64,000 nt of DNA from Eubacteriales bacterium (GCA_030524455.1 JAUNGT010000011.1:5052-69051); one strand, 5' to 3'; positions 27,645-37,164 are shown, counted from the stretch's first letter. Made by a program: numbers and translations. Notes: generated from the letters alone by a model not told the origin.

Positions 27645-28031
27645 CTATCCGGCAAAGTCAGCGATCGTCTCCGCCAGCGCCAGAAACACCGGCATTCCGG
27701 CAAACAAAATGGCGATCTTCCCGACCAGCTCCACCTGGGCCGCTACCGCCGAAAACCCGCTGTCCCGGCAAATCCCCGCCACGAACTCACAAATCCAGGT
27801 GATGCCCACCACCTTAAACAAAAGCGCAAAATACCGGCTCCCGGAGGAAAGCTGTCTCCACAAAACGGCAAGCTGCTGCTCTGCCTGCCCCATATAGGCG
27901 ACGGTGCAGGCAAAAATCAGCAGGCAGATCACCACCCCCAGATACGTCCCGTATTCCTGCTTCGTCCCCTTAAACTGAACCGCAATCAGCACCCCCAAAA
28001 GCGCCACCGCGCCCACCCGCACAAACTCCAT
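27645..28031 (-). CDS. spoIIIAD: Stage III sporulation protein AD
   Basis: LFKVVGITWICEF, ICRDSG, QVELVGKIAIL. Confidence 0.92.
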   Translation of the reverse strand: MEFVRVGAVALLGVLIAVQFKGTKQEYGTYLGVVICLLIFACTVAYMGQAEQQLAVLWRQLSSGSRYFALLFKVVGITWICEFVAGICRDSGFSAVAAQVELVGKIAILFAGMPVFLALAETIADFAG

Positions 28032-28048
28032 GCCCGTCCACCTTTTTC

Positions 28049-28243
28049 CTACAGGGAAAACAGCGTCTGGATGGTGGAAAAAAGATCGTAAATATAAGGC
28101 ACGATCCAGCTCAGCACCAGAATCAGCGCGGCCAGTGAGAGCAAAAAGGCGTGCTCCTCCCGGCCGCTGTGCTTGAGTACCTGGCTGAGAATTGTCACCA
28201 GAATCCCCACCGCCGCAATTTTAAAGATCAGCCCTACTTCCAT
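28049..28243 (-). CDS. spoIIIAC: Stage III sporulation protein AC
   Basis: LIFKIAAVGILVTILSQVLKHSGREEHAFL. Confidence 0.96.
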   Translation of the reverse strand: MEVGLIFKIAAVGILVTILSQVLKHSGREEHAFLLSLAALILVLSWIVPYIYDLFSTIQTLFSL

Positions 28244-28279
28244 CCGCTTCCCGTGCCCTTTCTTTCTTTATTCTGATTC

Positions 28280-28813
28280 CTAAAACAACAGAACCACCGT
28301 CAAAAGCCCGCAGGCTGCGCTCACCGCCAGAATCGCCCGCGACTCCCGTTCCGAGCGCTGACGCAGCTCCTCCCCCGCCCGGCAAAAGCGCTGCGCCAGC
28401 CGTTCCACGCTCTCCTGCTGCCGCCCTCCGTCCGGATATCCCAGAAGATCCGGAAAGCGAAGCAGCCAACGCCTTTTCTCCGGAGAAAGCCTGCCGCTTT
28501 CCAAGAAACGCCCCATCTCTTCCTCCCAGATCTCCTCCAGGCACTGGCCCCGCTCCTCCTCCATCCGCCCGCTCACCCGCAAAAGCGCCTCCCCCAGCGT
28601 TATCCCCGAGGGGGTCTCCAAAAGCCGCCTCCCACTGCTTTGCAAAAGCTCCGGCAGACAGGCCCGGCTGTAGCCGATTTCCCCGGCCAGCTCCTCAAAC
28701 AGGCTGCCCAGCAAAAAAAGCTGCTCCGTCTGCCCCCGCATCTGCCGGCACACGCAAAATCCTGCGCCGACGCTCCCCAGCACGAGCAGGGCCGCGCCGG
28801 CCAGCCTCAGCAA
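28280..28813 (-). CDS. spoIIIAB: Stage III sporulation protein AB
   Basis: TTG start overlapping the AA stop; N-terminal TM, EIGY...LPE, LGYPD...Q; C-terminal TM. Confidence 0.87.
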   Translation of the reverse strand: MLRLAGAALLVLGSVGAGFCVCRQMRGQTEQLFLLGSLFEELAGEIGYSRACLPELLQSSGRRLLETPSGITLGEALLRVSGRMEEERGQCLEEIWEEEMGRFLESGRLSPEKRRWLLRFPDLLGYPDGGRQQESVERLAQRFCRAGEELRQRSERESRAILAVSAACGLLTVVLLF

Positions 28814-29787
28814 GGGATCCCGGCGGCCAGACAGCTTCCGCCGGCGTCAATGACCTGCTCCACCCAAAAGCGCCCCTCCCGCCGTCCAAGCACCAGATAC
28901 CGTCCAAAGGCCCCCGCCAAAAACAACGGCTCCAAAAAACGCTTTTTTCTTATTTCCTCAAAGCCGGAGCCATGGACCGTGGCCAGCACGCTGCAGCCGC
29001 ATTTGAGCACCTGCTCCAGCGCTACCACGTCCCCGGGCCCTCCCAGCTCGTCTGCCGCGATCACCTCCGGCCCCATGGAACGCAAAAGCATCAGCATTCC
29101 CGGCCCTTTGGGACAGCCGTCCAGCACATCCGTCCTGAGTCCCAGATCGTGCGCCGGAATCCCCTGCACGCAGGCCGCCAGCTCCGAGCGCTCATCCACC
29201 ACCCCCACCGTTTTGCCCGGCCACTTCCCCGACCCGTCGGACACCAGACGGATCAGATCCCGCAAAAGGGTGGTCTTTCCACAGCCCGGCGGCGAAATCA
29301 GAAGCGTGCTGCAGAGCGTTTTTCCTTCATATAAAAAAGGGAGCACCTCCGTCCCGGCTCCCCGGGCCTGATGGGCGATCCGGATGTTCAGGCTGGAAAT
29401 ATGACGGATATTTTTGACCATGCCGTCCGGCCCAAGGACCGCTTCCCCTGTCACCCCCACCCGAAAGCCTCCCGAAACACTCAGAAACCCCTGTCCCAGC
29501 TCCTCCTCGTAGGCATAAAGGGAATAGCGGCACAAATGCCGGACAATCCGGGAAAGCTCCTGCGCCGTCAGCACATAGGCCCGCTCTGCCTGCTCCGTCA
29601 GTCCGCCGTCCCTTTTTACAAAGGACTCCCCCCTTCCGGTCAGCATAAGCACCGGCCTTTCGGCCCGCAGCCGGATTTCCCGGAGCCCCTCCTCCCGGGA
29701 AAAGGCTGCGGCCACAGCCTTCTCCCAGCGTTCCCGCAGCTGCTCCGGAAACAGCAGCAGCACCTGTCTCTGCGTCTGTCCGTTCAT
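28807..29787 (-). CDS. spoIIIAA: Stage III sporulation protein AA (secretion ATPase-like)
   Basis: Start refined to ATG 29787; EIRLRA, GFRVGVTG, LNIRIA, SPPGCGKTTLLRD, VDERSE, DVLDGCPK, ATVHG. Confidence 0.95.
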   Translation of the reverse strand: MNGQTQRQVLLLFPEQLRERWEKAVAAAFSREEGLREIRLRAERPVLMLTGRGESFVKRDGGLTEQAERAYVLTAQELSRIVRHLCRYSLYAYEEELGQGFLSVSGGFRVGVTGEAVLGPDGMVKNIRHISSLNIRIAHQARGAGTEVLPFLYEGKTLCSTLLISPPGCGKTTLLRDLIRLVSDGSGKWPGKTVGVVDERSELAACVQGIPAHDLGLRTDVLDGCPKGPGMLMLLRSMGPEVIAADELGGPGDVVALEQVLKCGCSVLATVHGSGFEEIRKKRFLEPLFLAGAFGRYLVLGRREGRFWVEQVIDAGGSCLAAGIPC

Positions 29788-32537
29788 GCGGATTTCCCCC
29801 TTTCTTCCCCGGCGTCCCACCCGGCGTCCCGATTTTGTTCAGTATATGACTTTGTCCCGCCGGATATGTCCGGTTCCGGCTCCCGCCTCCCAGGTCCCCC
29901 AAACAGCGCCAACAGCTCATGGGCCAGAAGCGGGAAAGCCGCCAGTCCGGCCAGATAAAGCCATTCCGCCAAAGACAGACGCGCCGTGGAAAACATTTTG
30001 ACCAGAAAAGGGACCTCCGTCACCGCCACCTGAAGAACAAGCCCGGCCGCACAGGCGACAATCATGAGACGGTTCTCCAGATGGTTCATCCGAAAGACGG
30101 AACGCCGCACGTCCCGCATCCCCACCGCATGGAACAGCTGGGACATGCCCAGCACCGTAAAGGCGTAGGTCTGCGCCCGCGTCAGAATCCGCCCATCCTC
30201 CAGCAGCGCCCGGATCCGCTCCGGCAAAAAGGGGATTCCCTCCCGTTCCAGAAGCACCCAGGGCAGGGTGAAATAGGCGGTCAGGCTCACCCCCGCAATC
30301 AGCGCCCCGAAAAATGCCGTCACCGCCAGACCGCCCTCCGCAAACAAGCTCTCCCCGGCCTTCCTGGGCGGCCGCCTCATCAGGCTCTCGCCGTCGTTTT
30401 TGTCCACCCCCAGCGCCAGGGCCGGCAGGGAGTCCGTGATCAGATTGATCCAGAGGATATGGCTGGATTTTAAGGGGGAGGAAAGCCCCAGAAGCACCGC
30501 CGCAAACATGGTCATAATCTCCCCCAGATTTGAGGACAGCAAAAAAATGACCGATTTTTTGATATTTTCATAAACGCTGCGGCCCTCCCGGACCGCCTTT
30601 TGGATCGTGGCAAAGTTATCGTCCGTCAAAATCAGGTCCGCGGCCTGCCGGGCCACGTCGGTGCCGCCCTTTCCCATGGCGACGCCCACATCCGCGGCCT
30701 TTAGGGAGGGAGCGTCGTTGATCCCGTCCCCGGTCATGGCCACGATTTTCCCCTGCTCCTGGAAGGCCCGGACAATCTTTACCTTGTCGGCGGGGGACAC
30801 CCGGGCAAACACTCTCACCCGCAAAAGCCGCTCTGCCAGCTTCTGCCCGGAAAGCCCCTCCAGCTCCTGTCCCGTCATGCACTGCTCCCTGCAGGCGGCG
30901 ATCCCCAGCTGTTTTCCGACGGCAAGGGCCGTATCCGCATGATCCCCGGTGATCATCACCGCAGCGATGCCTGCCCGCTCAAAATCCTCCACCGCGCGGG
31001 CCGCCTCGGGCCGCACCGGATCCCGCATCCCCACCAGCCCCAGAAACGTCAGCTCCCGTTCTGCCCCGGACGTCCCCGTTTTGCGGGCCACCGCCAGGGT
31101 GCGCAGCGCCTGCCCGGAAAACTCTGCCAGCGCTTTTTCGATGCCGGTTCTGTGTTCTGCCGTCATCTCTGTCTCCCGTCCCCGGTACAAAATCCGGGTG
31201 CAGCGTCCCAGCACCCGGTCCGGCGCGCCCTTGGTATAGGCCACGGGCCCGGAAGGCCCCCGGTGCAGGGTGGTCATCATCTTGCGGTCGGAATCAAAGG
31301 CAAGCTCCCCGATGCGGGGCCTGCTTTCCTCCAGCTTTTCCCGGCAAAGCCCGTAGCGGGCCGCCAAATCCAGCAGGGCAAGCTCCGTGGGATCCCCGAT
31401 CCGCTCCCCCAGAAGGCTTGCGTCACAGCACAGGGCCATGGCCCGAAGAAACTCTGCCTGCTCCTCCCGGTCCAGCTCCCCGGGTCCCATTTTTTTCCGG
31501 TCCGCAAAGCAGGCCTGGACCGTCATCCGGTTCTGGGTCAGCGTGCCCGTTTTATCCGAGCAGACCACACTGACAGCCCCCAGCGTTTCCACACTGGGCA
31601 GGCGGCGGACGATCGTGTTGACCTTCACCATACGGGTCACGCTCAGCGCCAGGCACAAAGTCACCACCGCAGGCAGCCCCTCCGGCACTGCCGCCACCGC
31701 CAGCGAAATCGCCGTCAGCAGCATTTCAAACACGTCCCTCTGCTGCCAGACAGCGAGCAAAAAAAGCGCCGCGCAGATGCCCAGAGACAGAAGGCTCAGC
31801 ACCTTCCCCAGCTCTCCAAGACGCTTCTGCAGCGGCGTCATTTCCTCCTTTGTCCCGCTCATCATGGCGGCGATCCGCCCGATCTGGGTATCCATCCCCA
31901 CCGCCGTCACAAGCCCCTTTCCCCTTCCTGCGGTGACGATCGTGGACATAAAAGCCATATTTTGACGGTCCCCCAGCGGGATTTTCCTTTTTCCGGCCCC
32001 CTCCGGAATGGCCGTTGCCTTGACCGCCGGGACCGCCTCGCCGGTCAGGGCCGATTCCTCGATCCGCAGCTGCTCTGCCTCCGTCAGACGAAGATCGGCG
32101 GGAACCTGACCGCCCGCCCGCAAAACCACAAGATCCCCGCGCACAAGAGCGGATGCCGAAATTTCCTGCTCCCGCCCGTCCCGGATGACAAAGGCCCGGG
32201 GTCGGGTCAGCTCCTTTAAGGAATCCAGCGCCCGCTGCGCCTTGCCCTCCTGCAAAAGGCCGACCAGAGCGTTTAAGCCCACCACAAACAGGATAATCCC
32301 CGCGTCGCTGTACTCCCGCAGCAGCACGGAAACCGCCGCAGCCGCAAACAGCACATAGATCAGCGGATCCGCCAGCTGCTCCAAAAAGGCCTGCAGGACA
32401 GTACGCCTTTTGGCCAAAGCCAGCTCGTTTCGCCCGTCCTGTTCAAGCCGCTCCGCCGCTTCCCGGGCGGACAGTCCCCTTCTGTCGTCTGTTCGCAGAA
32501 GCGCTGCGGTCTCCCGGACCGTCTTTTTCTCAAACAT
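29784..32537 (-). CDS. P-type ATPase, P2A (Ca2+-transporting-like)
   Basis: DKTGTLT, VPEGLP, TGEA (TGES variant), KGAP, MITGD, TGDGINDAP, LLSSNLGE, WINLITD. Confidence 0.92.
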   Translation of the reverse strand: MFEKKTVRETAALLRTDDRRGLSAREAAERLEQDGRNELALAKRRTVLQAFLEQLADPLIYVLFAAAAVSVLLREYSDAGIILFVVGLNALVGLLQEGKAQRALDSLKELTRPRAFVIRDGREQEISASALVRGDLVVLRAGGQVPADLRLTEAEQLRIEESALTGEAVPAVKATAIPEGAGKRKIPLGDRQNMAFMSTIVTAGRGKGLVTAVGMDTQIGRIAAMMSGTKEEMTPLQKRLGELGKVLSLLSLGICAALFLLAVWQQRDVFEMLLTAISLAVAAVPEGLPAVVTLCLALSVTRMVKVNTIVRRLPSVETLGAVSVVCSDKTGTLTQNRMTVQACFADRKKMGPGELDREEQAEFLRAMALCCDASLLGERIGDPTELALLDLAARYGLCREKLEESRPRIGELAFDSDRKMMTTLHRGPSGPVAYTKGAPDRVLGRCTRILYRGRETEMTAEHRTGIEKALAEFSGQALRTLAVARKTGTSGAERELTFLGLVGMRDPVRPEAARAVEDFERAGIAAVMITGDHADTALAVGKQLGIAACREQCMTGQELEGLSGQKLAERLLRVRVFARVSPADKVKIVRAFQEQGKIVAMTGDGINDAPSLKAADVGVAMGKGGTDVARQAADLILTDDNFATIQKAVREGRSVYENIKKSVIFLLSSNLGEIMTMFAAVLLGLSSPLKSSHILWINLITDSLPALALGVDKNDGESLMRRPPRKAGESLFAEGGLAVTAFFGALIAGVSLTAYFTLPWVLLEREGIPFLPERIRALLEDGRILTRAQTYAFTVLGMSQLFHAVGMRDVRRSVFRMNHLENRLMIVACAAGLVLQVAVTEVPFLVKMFSTARLSLAEWLYLAGLAAFPLLAHELLALFGGPGRREPEPDISGGTKSYTEQNRDAGWDAGEERGKSA
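29841..29869 (-). promoter_or_regulatory. Sigma-E-like promoter for spoIIIAA inside the ATPase 3' end
   Basis: ACATATC-N14-CATATACT versus the B. subtilis sigma-E consensus (T/G)(A/C)ATA(A/T)(A/T)-N14-CATACA(A/C)T. Confidence 0.7.
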
Positions 32538-32571
32538 CCTCCCACTCCTTGTCCTGATTTCTTATAGGAAC

Positions 32572-32600
32572 AACGTATGCAGGAGGCGGACAGGTTATGA
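32572..32600 (-). promoter_or_regulatory. Sigma-E-like promoter upstream of the P-type ATPase
   Basis: TCATAAC-N14-CATACGTT in the 73-bp intergenic gap, 34 nt before the ATG. Confidence 0.7.
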
Positions 32601-32610
32601 GCAGGTTTTG

Positions 32611-33984
32611 CTATCGCTGCCCGATCAGGCGGATCAGCAGCCGCTTCCAGCCGGTAAAGGGCTGATAGCGGGCCGTTATGTCCAGCCGCACCGATTTTTC
32701 CAGAATACTCTTCTCATGGCTGAAGGTCTTAAAACCGGCCTTTCCGTGATAAGCGCCCATCCCGCTCTCCCCAACGCCCCCGAAAGGAAGGCCGGGTACG
32801 GTCAGATGCATCACCGTGTCGTTTACGCAGCCCCCGCCAAAGGAGGTTTCCCGCACGAACATCCGCTTGGTCCGGCTGCTTCGCGTAAACACATAGCAGG
32901 CAAGAGGACGGGGCCTTTTTCGCACAAAGCGCCGGGCCTCCTCCATGGAGTCCACCACCAGCACCGGCAACACCGGCCCGAAAATCTCCTCCCGCATGAC
33001 CGCGTCCTCCCCGGAAACCGGGTAAAGAAGGGTAGGCTCAATCTGCAGCGTCTTTTCTCTCGACCGGCCGCCGTATATCACCTTTCCCTCATCCATCAGC
33101 CCTCTGATCCGGTCAAAATGCTTCCGGTTCACGATCCGCCCATAATCCGGATTCGCCAAAGCGTCCTCCCCGTACATCCGCCGGATCCAGTACGCAAGCT
33201 CCCGCACAAGCGCTTCGGCCACGCACCTTTCCACCAGCACATAATCCGGCGCAACGCAGGTCTGCCCGCAGTTTAACAGCTTTCCAAAGACGATCCGCCG
33301 GGCCGCCAGGGACAGCTTTGCCGTCCGATCCACGATGCAGGGGCTTTTGCCGCCAAGCTCCAGGGAAACCGGCGTCAGATGGGCCGCCGCCTTTTCCATC
33401 ACCAGCTTTCCCACGGATACGCTTCCGGTGAAAAAAATATAATCGAAGCGCTGCTCCAAAAGCGCCCGGTTCTCCTCCCTTCCTCCTTCCACCACCGCCA
33501 CATAGCGTTCCGGAAAAATCCCGGCAAGCAGCTCTGCAATCAGCCGGGAGGTGGCGGGCGCGTAGGCCGAGGGCTTGACGACGCAGCAGTTGCCCGCCGC
33601 GATGGCCCCGGCCAGCGGCTCGATCGCCAGCATAAAGGGATAGTTCCACGGAGACATCACCAGCGTCACCCCATAGGGCTCCTGCACCAGGTAGCCTCTG
33701 GAGGGAAAATTGGCCAGCGTCGAAACGACCCGCCGCGCCCGGCTGTTTCTTCGCAGCTGCCGCCTCTGCTCCCGCAGCTCTGCCAAAACCAGCCCCACCT
33801 CGCACATGTACCCTTCTGTCTCCGATTTTCCAAGATCCTCCTTCAGGGCGCGGCAAATCTGTCCCTCCATGCCCCTGACCGCCCGCTCCAGCCTCCTGAG
33901 GGCTGCCATCCGGAATCCGATGTCCAGTGTTTTTCCCGTCTCAAAAAAACGTCTCTGCCGTTTTATGATGTTCTCAATCTCCAT
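32611..33984 (-). CDS. NAD(P)-dependent aldehyde dehydrogenase (ALDH3-like)
   Basis: Start refined to ATG 33984 (GGGAGGAG RBS); SPWNYP, FFTGS, LELGGKSP, NCGQTCVAPDY, EEIFGP, PFGGVGESGMGAYHG. Confidence 0.95.
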   Translation of the reverse strand: MEIENIIKRQRRFFETGKTLDIGFRMAALRRLERAVRGMEGQICRALKEDLGKSETEGYMCEVGLVLAELREQRRQLRRNSRARRVVSTLANFPSRGYLVQEPYGVTLVMSPWNYPFMLAIEPLAGAIAAGNCCVVKPSAYAPATSRLIAELLAGIFPERYVAVVEGGREENRALLEQRFDYIFFTGSVSVGKLVMEKAAAHLTPVSLELGGKSPCIVDRTAKLSLAARRIVFGKLLNCGQTCVAPDYVLVERCVAEALVRELAYWIRRMYGEDALANPDYGRIVNRKHFDRIRGLMDEGKVIYGGRSREKTLQIEPTLLYPVSGEDAVMREEIFGPVLPVLVVDSMEEARRFVRKRPRPLACYVFTRSSRTKRMFVRETSFGGGCVNDTVMHLTVPGLPFGGVGESGMGAYHGKAGFKTFSHEKSILEKSVRLDITARYQPFTGWKRLLIRLIGQR

Positions 33985-34072
33985 TTTGCTCCTCCCGTCC
34001 CTTCCGACACCGATACCGATACTGTTCCCTTTATTTTCACACACTATCCCCTCCCTTTCAAGTGCTTTTCCA

Positions 34073-34102
34073 TGATTGATTTTGACCGTTTGTGAATGTT
34101 TT
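34073..34102. promoter_or_regulatory. FruR-type operator array 1 (three 10-bp direct repeats)
   Basis: TGATTGATTT TGACCGTTTG TGAATGTTTT, matching the TGAWWGWTTT-type FruR repeat of Firmicutes. Confidence 0.7.
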
Positions 34103-34125
34103 ACAATTTTATCCTCCATATTTTG

Positions 34126-34167
34126 TGAAGTATATTGATTGATTTTGGCTGATTATGGTGTTATACT
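34126..34167 (+). promoter_or_regulatory. fru operon sigma-A promoter overlapped by FruR operator array 2
   Basis: TTGATT-N17-TATACT (34139-34167) with 10-bp repeats TGAAGTATAT TGATTGATTT TGGCTGATTA. Confidence 0.72.
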
Positions 34168-34221
34168 GAGACCAACAAAAGACGGAACGAGCCGCCCCAG
34201 GACGGCAGAAACGAGGCAGAC

Positions 34222-35148
34222 ATGATTTATACCGTAACCTTTAATCCTTCCCTGGATTATATCATCACCCTGGACGCCTTCGAGTTTGGGCGCACCAACC
34301 GCACCACCTCGGAGCTCATGCTCCCCGGCGGCAAGGGCGTCAACGTCTCCGTGGTATTGAAAAACCTCGGAATTGACAGCGTGGCACTGGGCTTTGACGC
34401 GGGCTTTGTGGGAGACGAGATCCGGCGTCGCATCCGCGAGCTTGGGATCGTGAGCGAATTTATCCGGATCCCGGAGGGCGTCTCCCGGATCAACGTAAAG
34501 CTCAGGGATTTCGACGGCACCGAGCTAAACGGTATGGGCCCGGCCGTTGCCGCACAGGAGCTGGAGCAGCTCCTTATGCGGATCTCTCTGCTGGGAGAGG
34601 GCGACACCCTGGTGCTGGCGGGCTCCATCCCCAGCCGGATGCCGGAAAGCCTTTACCGGGACATCCTGGCCCGCCTGGAGGGCAGAGGCGTGCAGACCGT
34701 GGTGGACGCCACCGGACAGCTCCTGCTTCAGACCCTTCCCTTCCGCCCCTTCCTGATCAAGCCCAACAATCATGAGCTGGGCGAGCTGTTTGGCGCAGCC
34801 CTCACCGACCGCAGTCAGATTGCCCCCTACGCCCGGAAGCTGCAGGAGCGGGGAGCCCGCAACGTGCTGGTTTCCATGGGAGGCCAGGGAGCGGTGCTTG
34901 TGGCGGAGGACGGCTCCGTCCACCAGGCCCCCGCCCCCCGCGGGACGCTCGTAAACGCCGTGGGCGCGGGCGATTCCATGGTGGCCGGTTTCCTGGCCGG
35001 CTGGGCGAAGCGACAGGATTACCGGCACGCCTTTTCCATGGCCGTCGCCGCGGGAAGCGCCAGCGCTTTCTCGGAGCTTTTGGCCACCCGCCCCGAGGTG
35101 GAAGCCGTGTATAACCGGTTGGAGGTTTCCGCCGGAGAAGCCATATAA
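34222..35148 (+). CDS. fruK: 1-phosphofructokinase
   Basis: YTVTFNPSLD, GGKGVNVS, LIKPNNHEL, NAVGAGDSMVAGF. Confidence 0.95.
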   Translation: MIYTVTFNPSLDYIITLDAFEFGRTNRTTSELMLPGGKGVNVSVVLKNLGIDSVALGFDAGFVGDEIRRRIRELGIVSEFIRIPEGVSRINVKLRDFDGTELNGMGPAVAAQELEQLLMRISLLGEGDTLVLAGSIPSRMPESLYRDILARLEGRGVQTVVDATGQLLLQTLPFRPFLIKPNNHELGELFGAALTDRSQIAPYARKLQERGARNVLVSMGGQGAVLVAEDGSVHQAPAPRGTLVNAVGAGDSMVAGFLAGWAKRQDYRHAFSMAVAAGSASAFSELLATRPEVEAVYNRLEVSAGEAI

Positions 35149-35171
35149 TAAAGAATGAGGAGGATCTCGCA

Positions 35172-37094
35172 ATGAGGATCACAGAGCTTTTGGATGCCAG
35201 GAGCATCCGGTTGGACGGCAATCCGGCCTCCAAGAAGGAAGCGCTCGACCAGATGGTGGAGCTGATGTGCCAAAGCGGCAAAATCAACGACAGGGAGGCC
35301 TACCGCGCCCAGGTGTATGCCCGGGAGGAGGAAGGAACCACCGGCATCGGGGAGGGGATTGCCATTCCCCACGGCAAGGGCGCCATGGTGGACCGGCCCG
35401 GTCTGGCAGCCATGGTCATCCCCGGCGGCGTGGACTTTGATTCCCTGGACGGCGAGCCGGTGCACCTGATTTTTCTGATCGCCGCCCCCAACACGAAGGA
35501 CAACGTTCACCTGGATGTGCTCAGCAAGCTGTCCATGCTGCTGATGGACGAGACCTTCGTCGCCTCTCTCCGGAACGCCTCCAGCGTGGAGCAGTTCCTC
35601 TCCCTTGTGGATGCGGCCGATGAAGAAAAGCCCGATCTGGACGACATGGTGGCAAAGAGCGGCAATGAGACGCCCGCAGAGGGCAAGGCCTATCTTCTGG
35701 CCGTCACCGCCTGCCCCACCGGCATCGCCCACACCTACATGGCGGCGGAGGGGCTGGAGAAGGCTGCCCGCGCAAAAGACTGCTACATCAAGGTGGAGAC
35801 CAGAGGCTCCGGCGGCGCCAAAAACGTGCTCACCGACGAGGAAATCGCCCGCGCAGACTGCATCATCATCGCGGCGGACACCCAGGTTCCCATGGACCGC
35901 TTCCATGGCAAAAAGCTGATCGAATGCCAGGTTTCCGACGGCATCAGCAAGGCGGACCAGCTGGTGGACCGCGCGATCGCCGGGGATGCTCCGGTTTACC
36001 GGTCCCAAAACGGCCCCTCTGCCTCCTCCCAAAAGTCCGGCGGCTCTGCGGGACACCGGGTTTATATGCAGCTTATGAACGGCGTGTCCCACATGCTTCC
36101 CTTCGTGGTAGGCGGAGGCATCCTGATCGCCCTGGCCTTCCTGATCGACGGCTTTTCCGTGGATATGTCCTCGCTCTCTGCGGAGATGCGCTCCAGCTTC
36201 GGAAGCATCACCCCCGCCGCCGCTGCCCTCAAAAGCATCGGCAACGCGGCCTTTGGCCTGATGCTTCCGGTTCTGGCCGGCTTTATCGCCATGAGCATCG
36301 CCGACCGTCCCGGACTGGCCGTGGGCTTCGTGGGCGGCATCCTGGCGGCCAACGGCAAATCCGGCTTTCTGGGCGCGCTGGCGGCGGGCTTTCTGGCAGG
36401 CTACCTGATCCTCCTGCTGAAAAAAGTCTTTGAGAAGCTTCCCCGCTCCATCGAGAAGATCGCTCCCGTCCTTCTGTACCCGCTGTTCGGCATCCTGCTG
36501 ATGGGCCTGATCATGATGTATGTGATCGAACCTCCCGTGGGCGCGCTGAACACCGCTCTGAATACCGGACTGAGCAATATGGGCGGCAGCAGTAAGATCC
36601 TGCTGGGTATCATCCTCGGCGGCATGATGGCCATCGACATGGGCGGCCCCTTCAACAAAGCGGCTTATGTCTTCGGCACCGCCTCCATCGCGGCCGGCAA
36701 CTACGACATCATGGCGGCGGTCATGATCGGCGGCATGGTCCCTCCCTGCGCCATCGCCCTGGCGACCCTGCTTTTCAAAAACAAGTTCAGCAAGGAGGAA
36801 AAGGATTCCGGCGTCACCAACTTTATCATGGGCCTGGCCTTCATCACCGAGGGCGCAATCCCCTTCGCTGCGGCGGACCCGATCCATGTGCTGCCCGCCT
36901 GCATCGTCGGCTCCGGCCTCGCCGGCGCGCTCTCCATGGCCTTTGGCTGTACGCTGATGGCTCCCCACGGCGGTATCTTCGTCTTTCCCGTGGTGGGCAA
37001 CGCGCTGCTCTACCTGGTGGCCCTTGTCGCCGGCACCATCGTCGGCGCGCTTCTCCTGGGCGTCCTGAAAAAAGACGTTGCACAGGCCGGCTAA
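35172..37094 (+). CDS. fruA: PTS fructose EIIABC
   Basis: EIIA TTGIGEGIAIPHG; EIIB VTACPTGIAHTYMAAE; EIIC LMNGVSHMLP, DMGGPFNKAAY, FITEGAIPFA. Confidence 0.96.
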   Translation: MRITELLDARSIRLDGNPASKKEALDQMVELMCQSGKINDREAYRAQVYAREEEGTTGIGEGIAIPHGKGAMVDRPGLAAMVIPGGVDFDSLDGEPVHLIFLIAAPNTKDNVHLDVLSKLSMLLMDETFVASLRNASSVEQFLSLVDAADEEKPDLDDMVAKSGNETPAEGKAYLLAVTACPTGIAHTYMAAEGLEKAARAKDCYIKVETRGSGGAKNVLTDEEIARADCIIIAADTQVPMDRFHGKKLIECQVSDGISKADQLVDRAIAGDAPVYRSQNGPSASSQKSGGSAGHRVYMQLMNGVSHMLPFVVGGGILIALAFLIDGFSVDMSSLSAEMRSSFGSITPAAAALKSIGNAAFGLMLPVLAGFIAMSIADRPGLAVGFVGGILAANGKSGFLGALAAGFLAGYLILLLKKVFEKLPRSIEKIAPVLLYPLFGILLMGLIMMYVIEPPVGALNTALNTGLSNMGGSSKILLGIILGGMMAIDMGGPFNKAAYVFGTASIAAGNYDIMAAVMIGGMVPPCAIALATLLFKNKFSKEEKDSGVTNFIMGLAFITEGAIPFAAADPIHVLPACIVGSGLAGALSMAFGCTLMAPHGGIFVFPVVGNALLYLVALVAGTIVGALLLGVLKKDVAQAG

Positions 37095-37105
37095 ACGTCC
37101 TATAG

Positions 37106-37137
37106 TAAAGGGAGATGCCCGAAGGCATCTCCCTTTA
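37106..37137 (+). terminator. Perfect 14-bp stem-loop between fruA and fruR
   Basis: TAAAGGGAGATGCC-cgaa-GGCATCTCCCTTTA; only a short U run follows. Confidence 0.6.
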
Positions 37138-37164
37138 TCGATTCTACCCGAAGGAGTCTTTACC

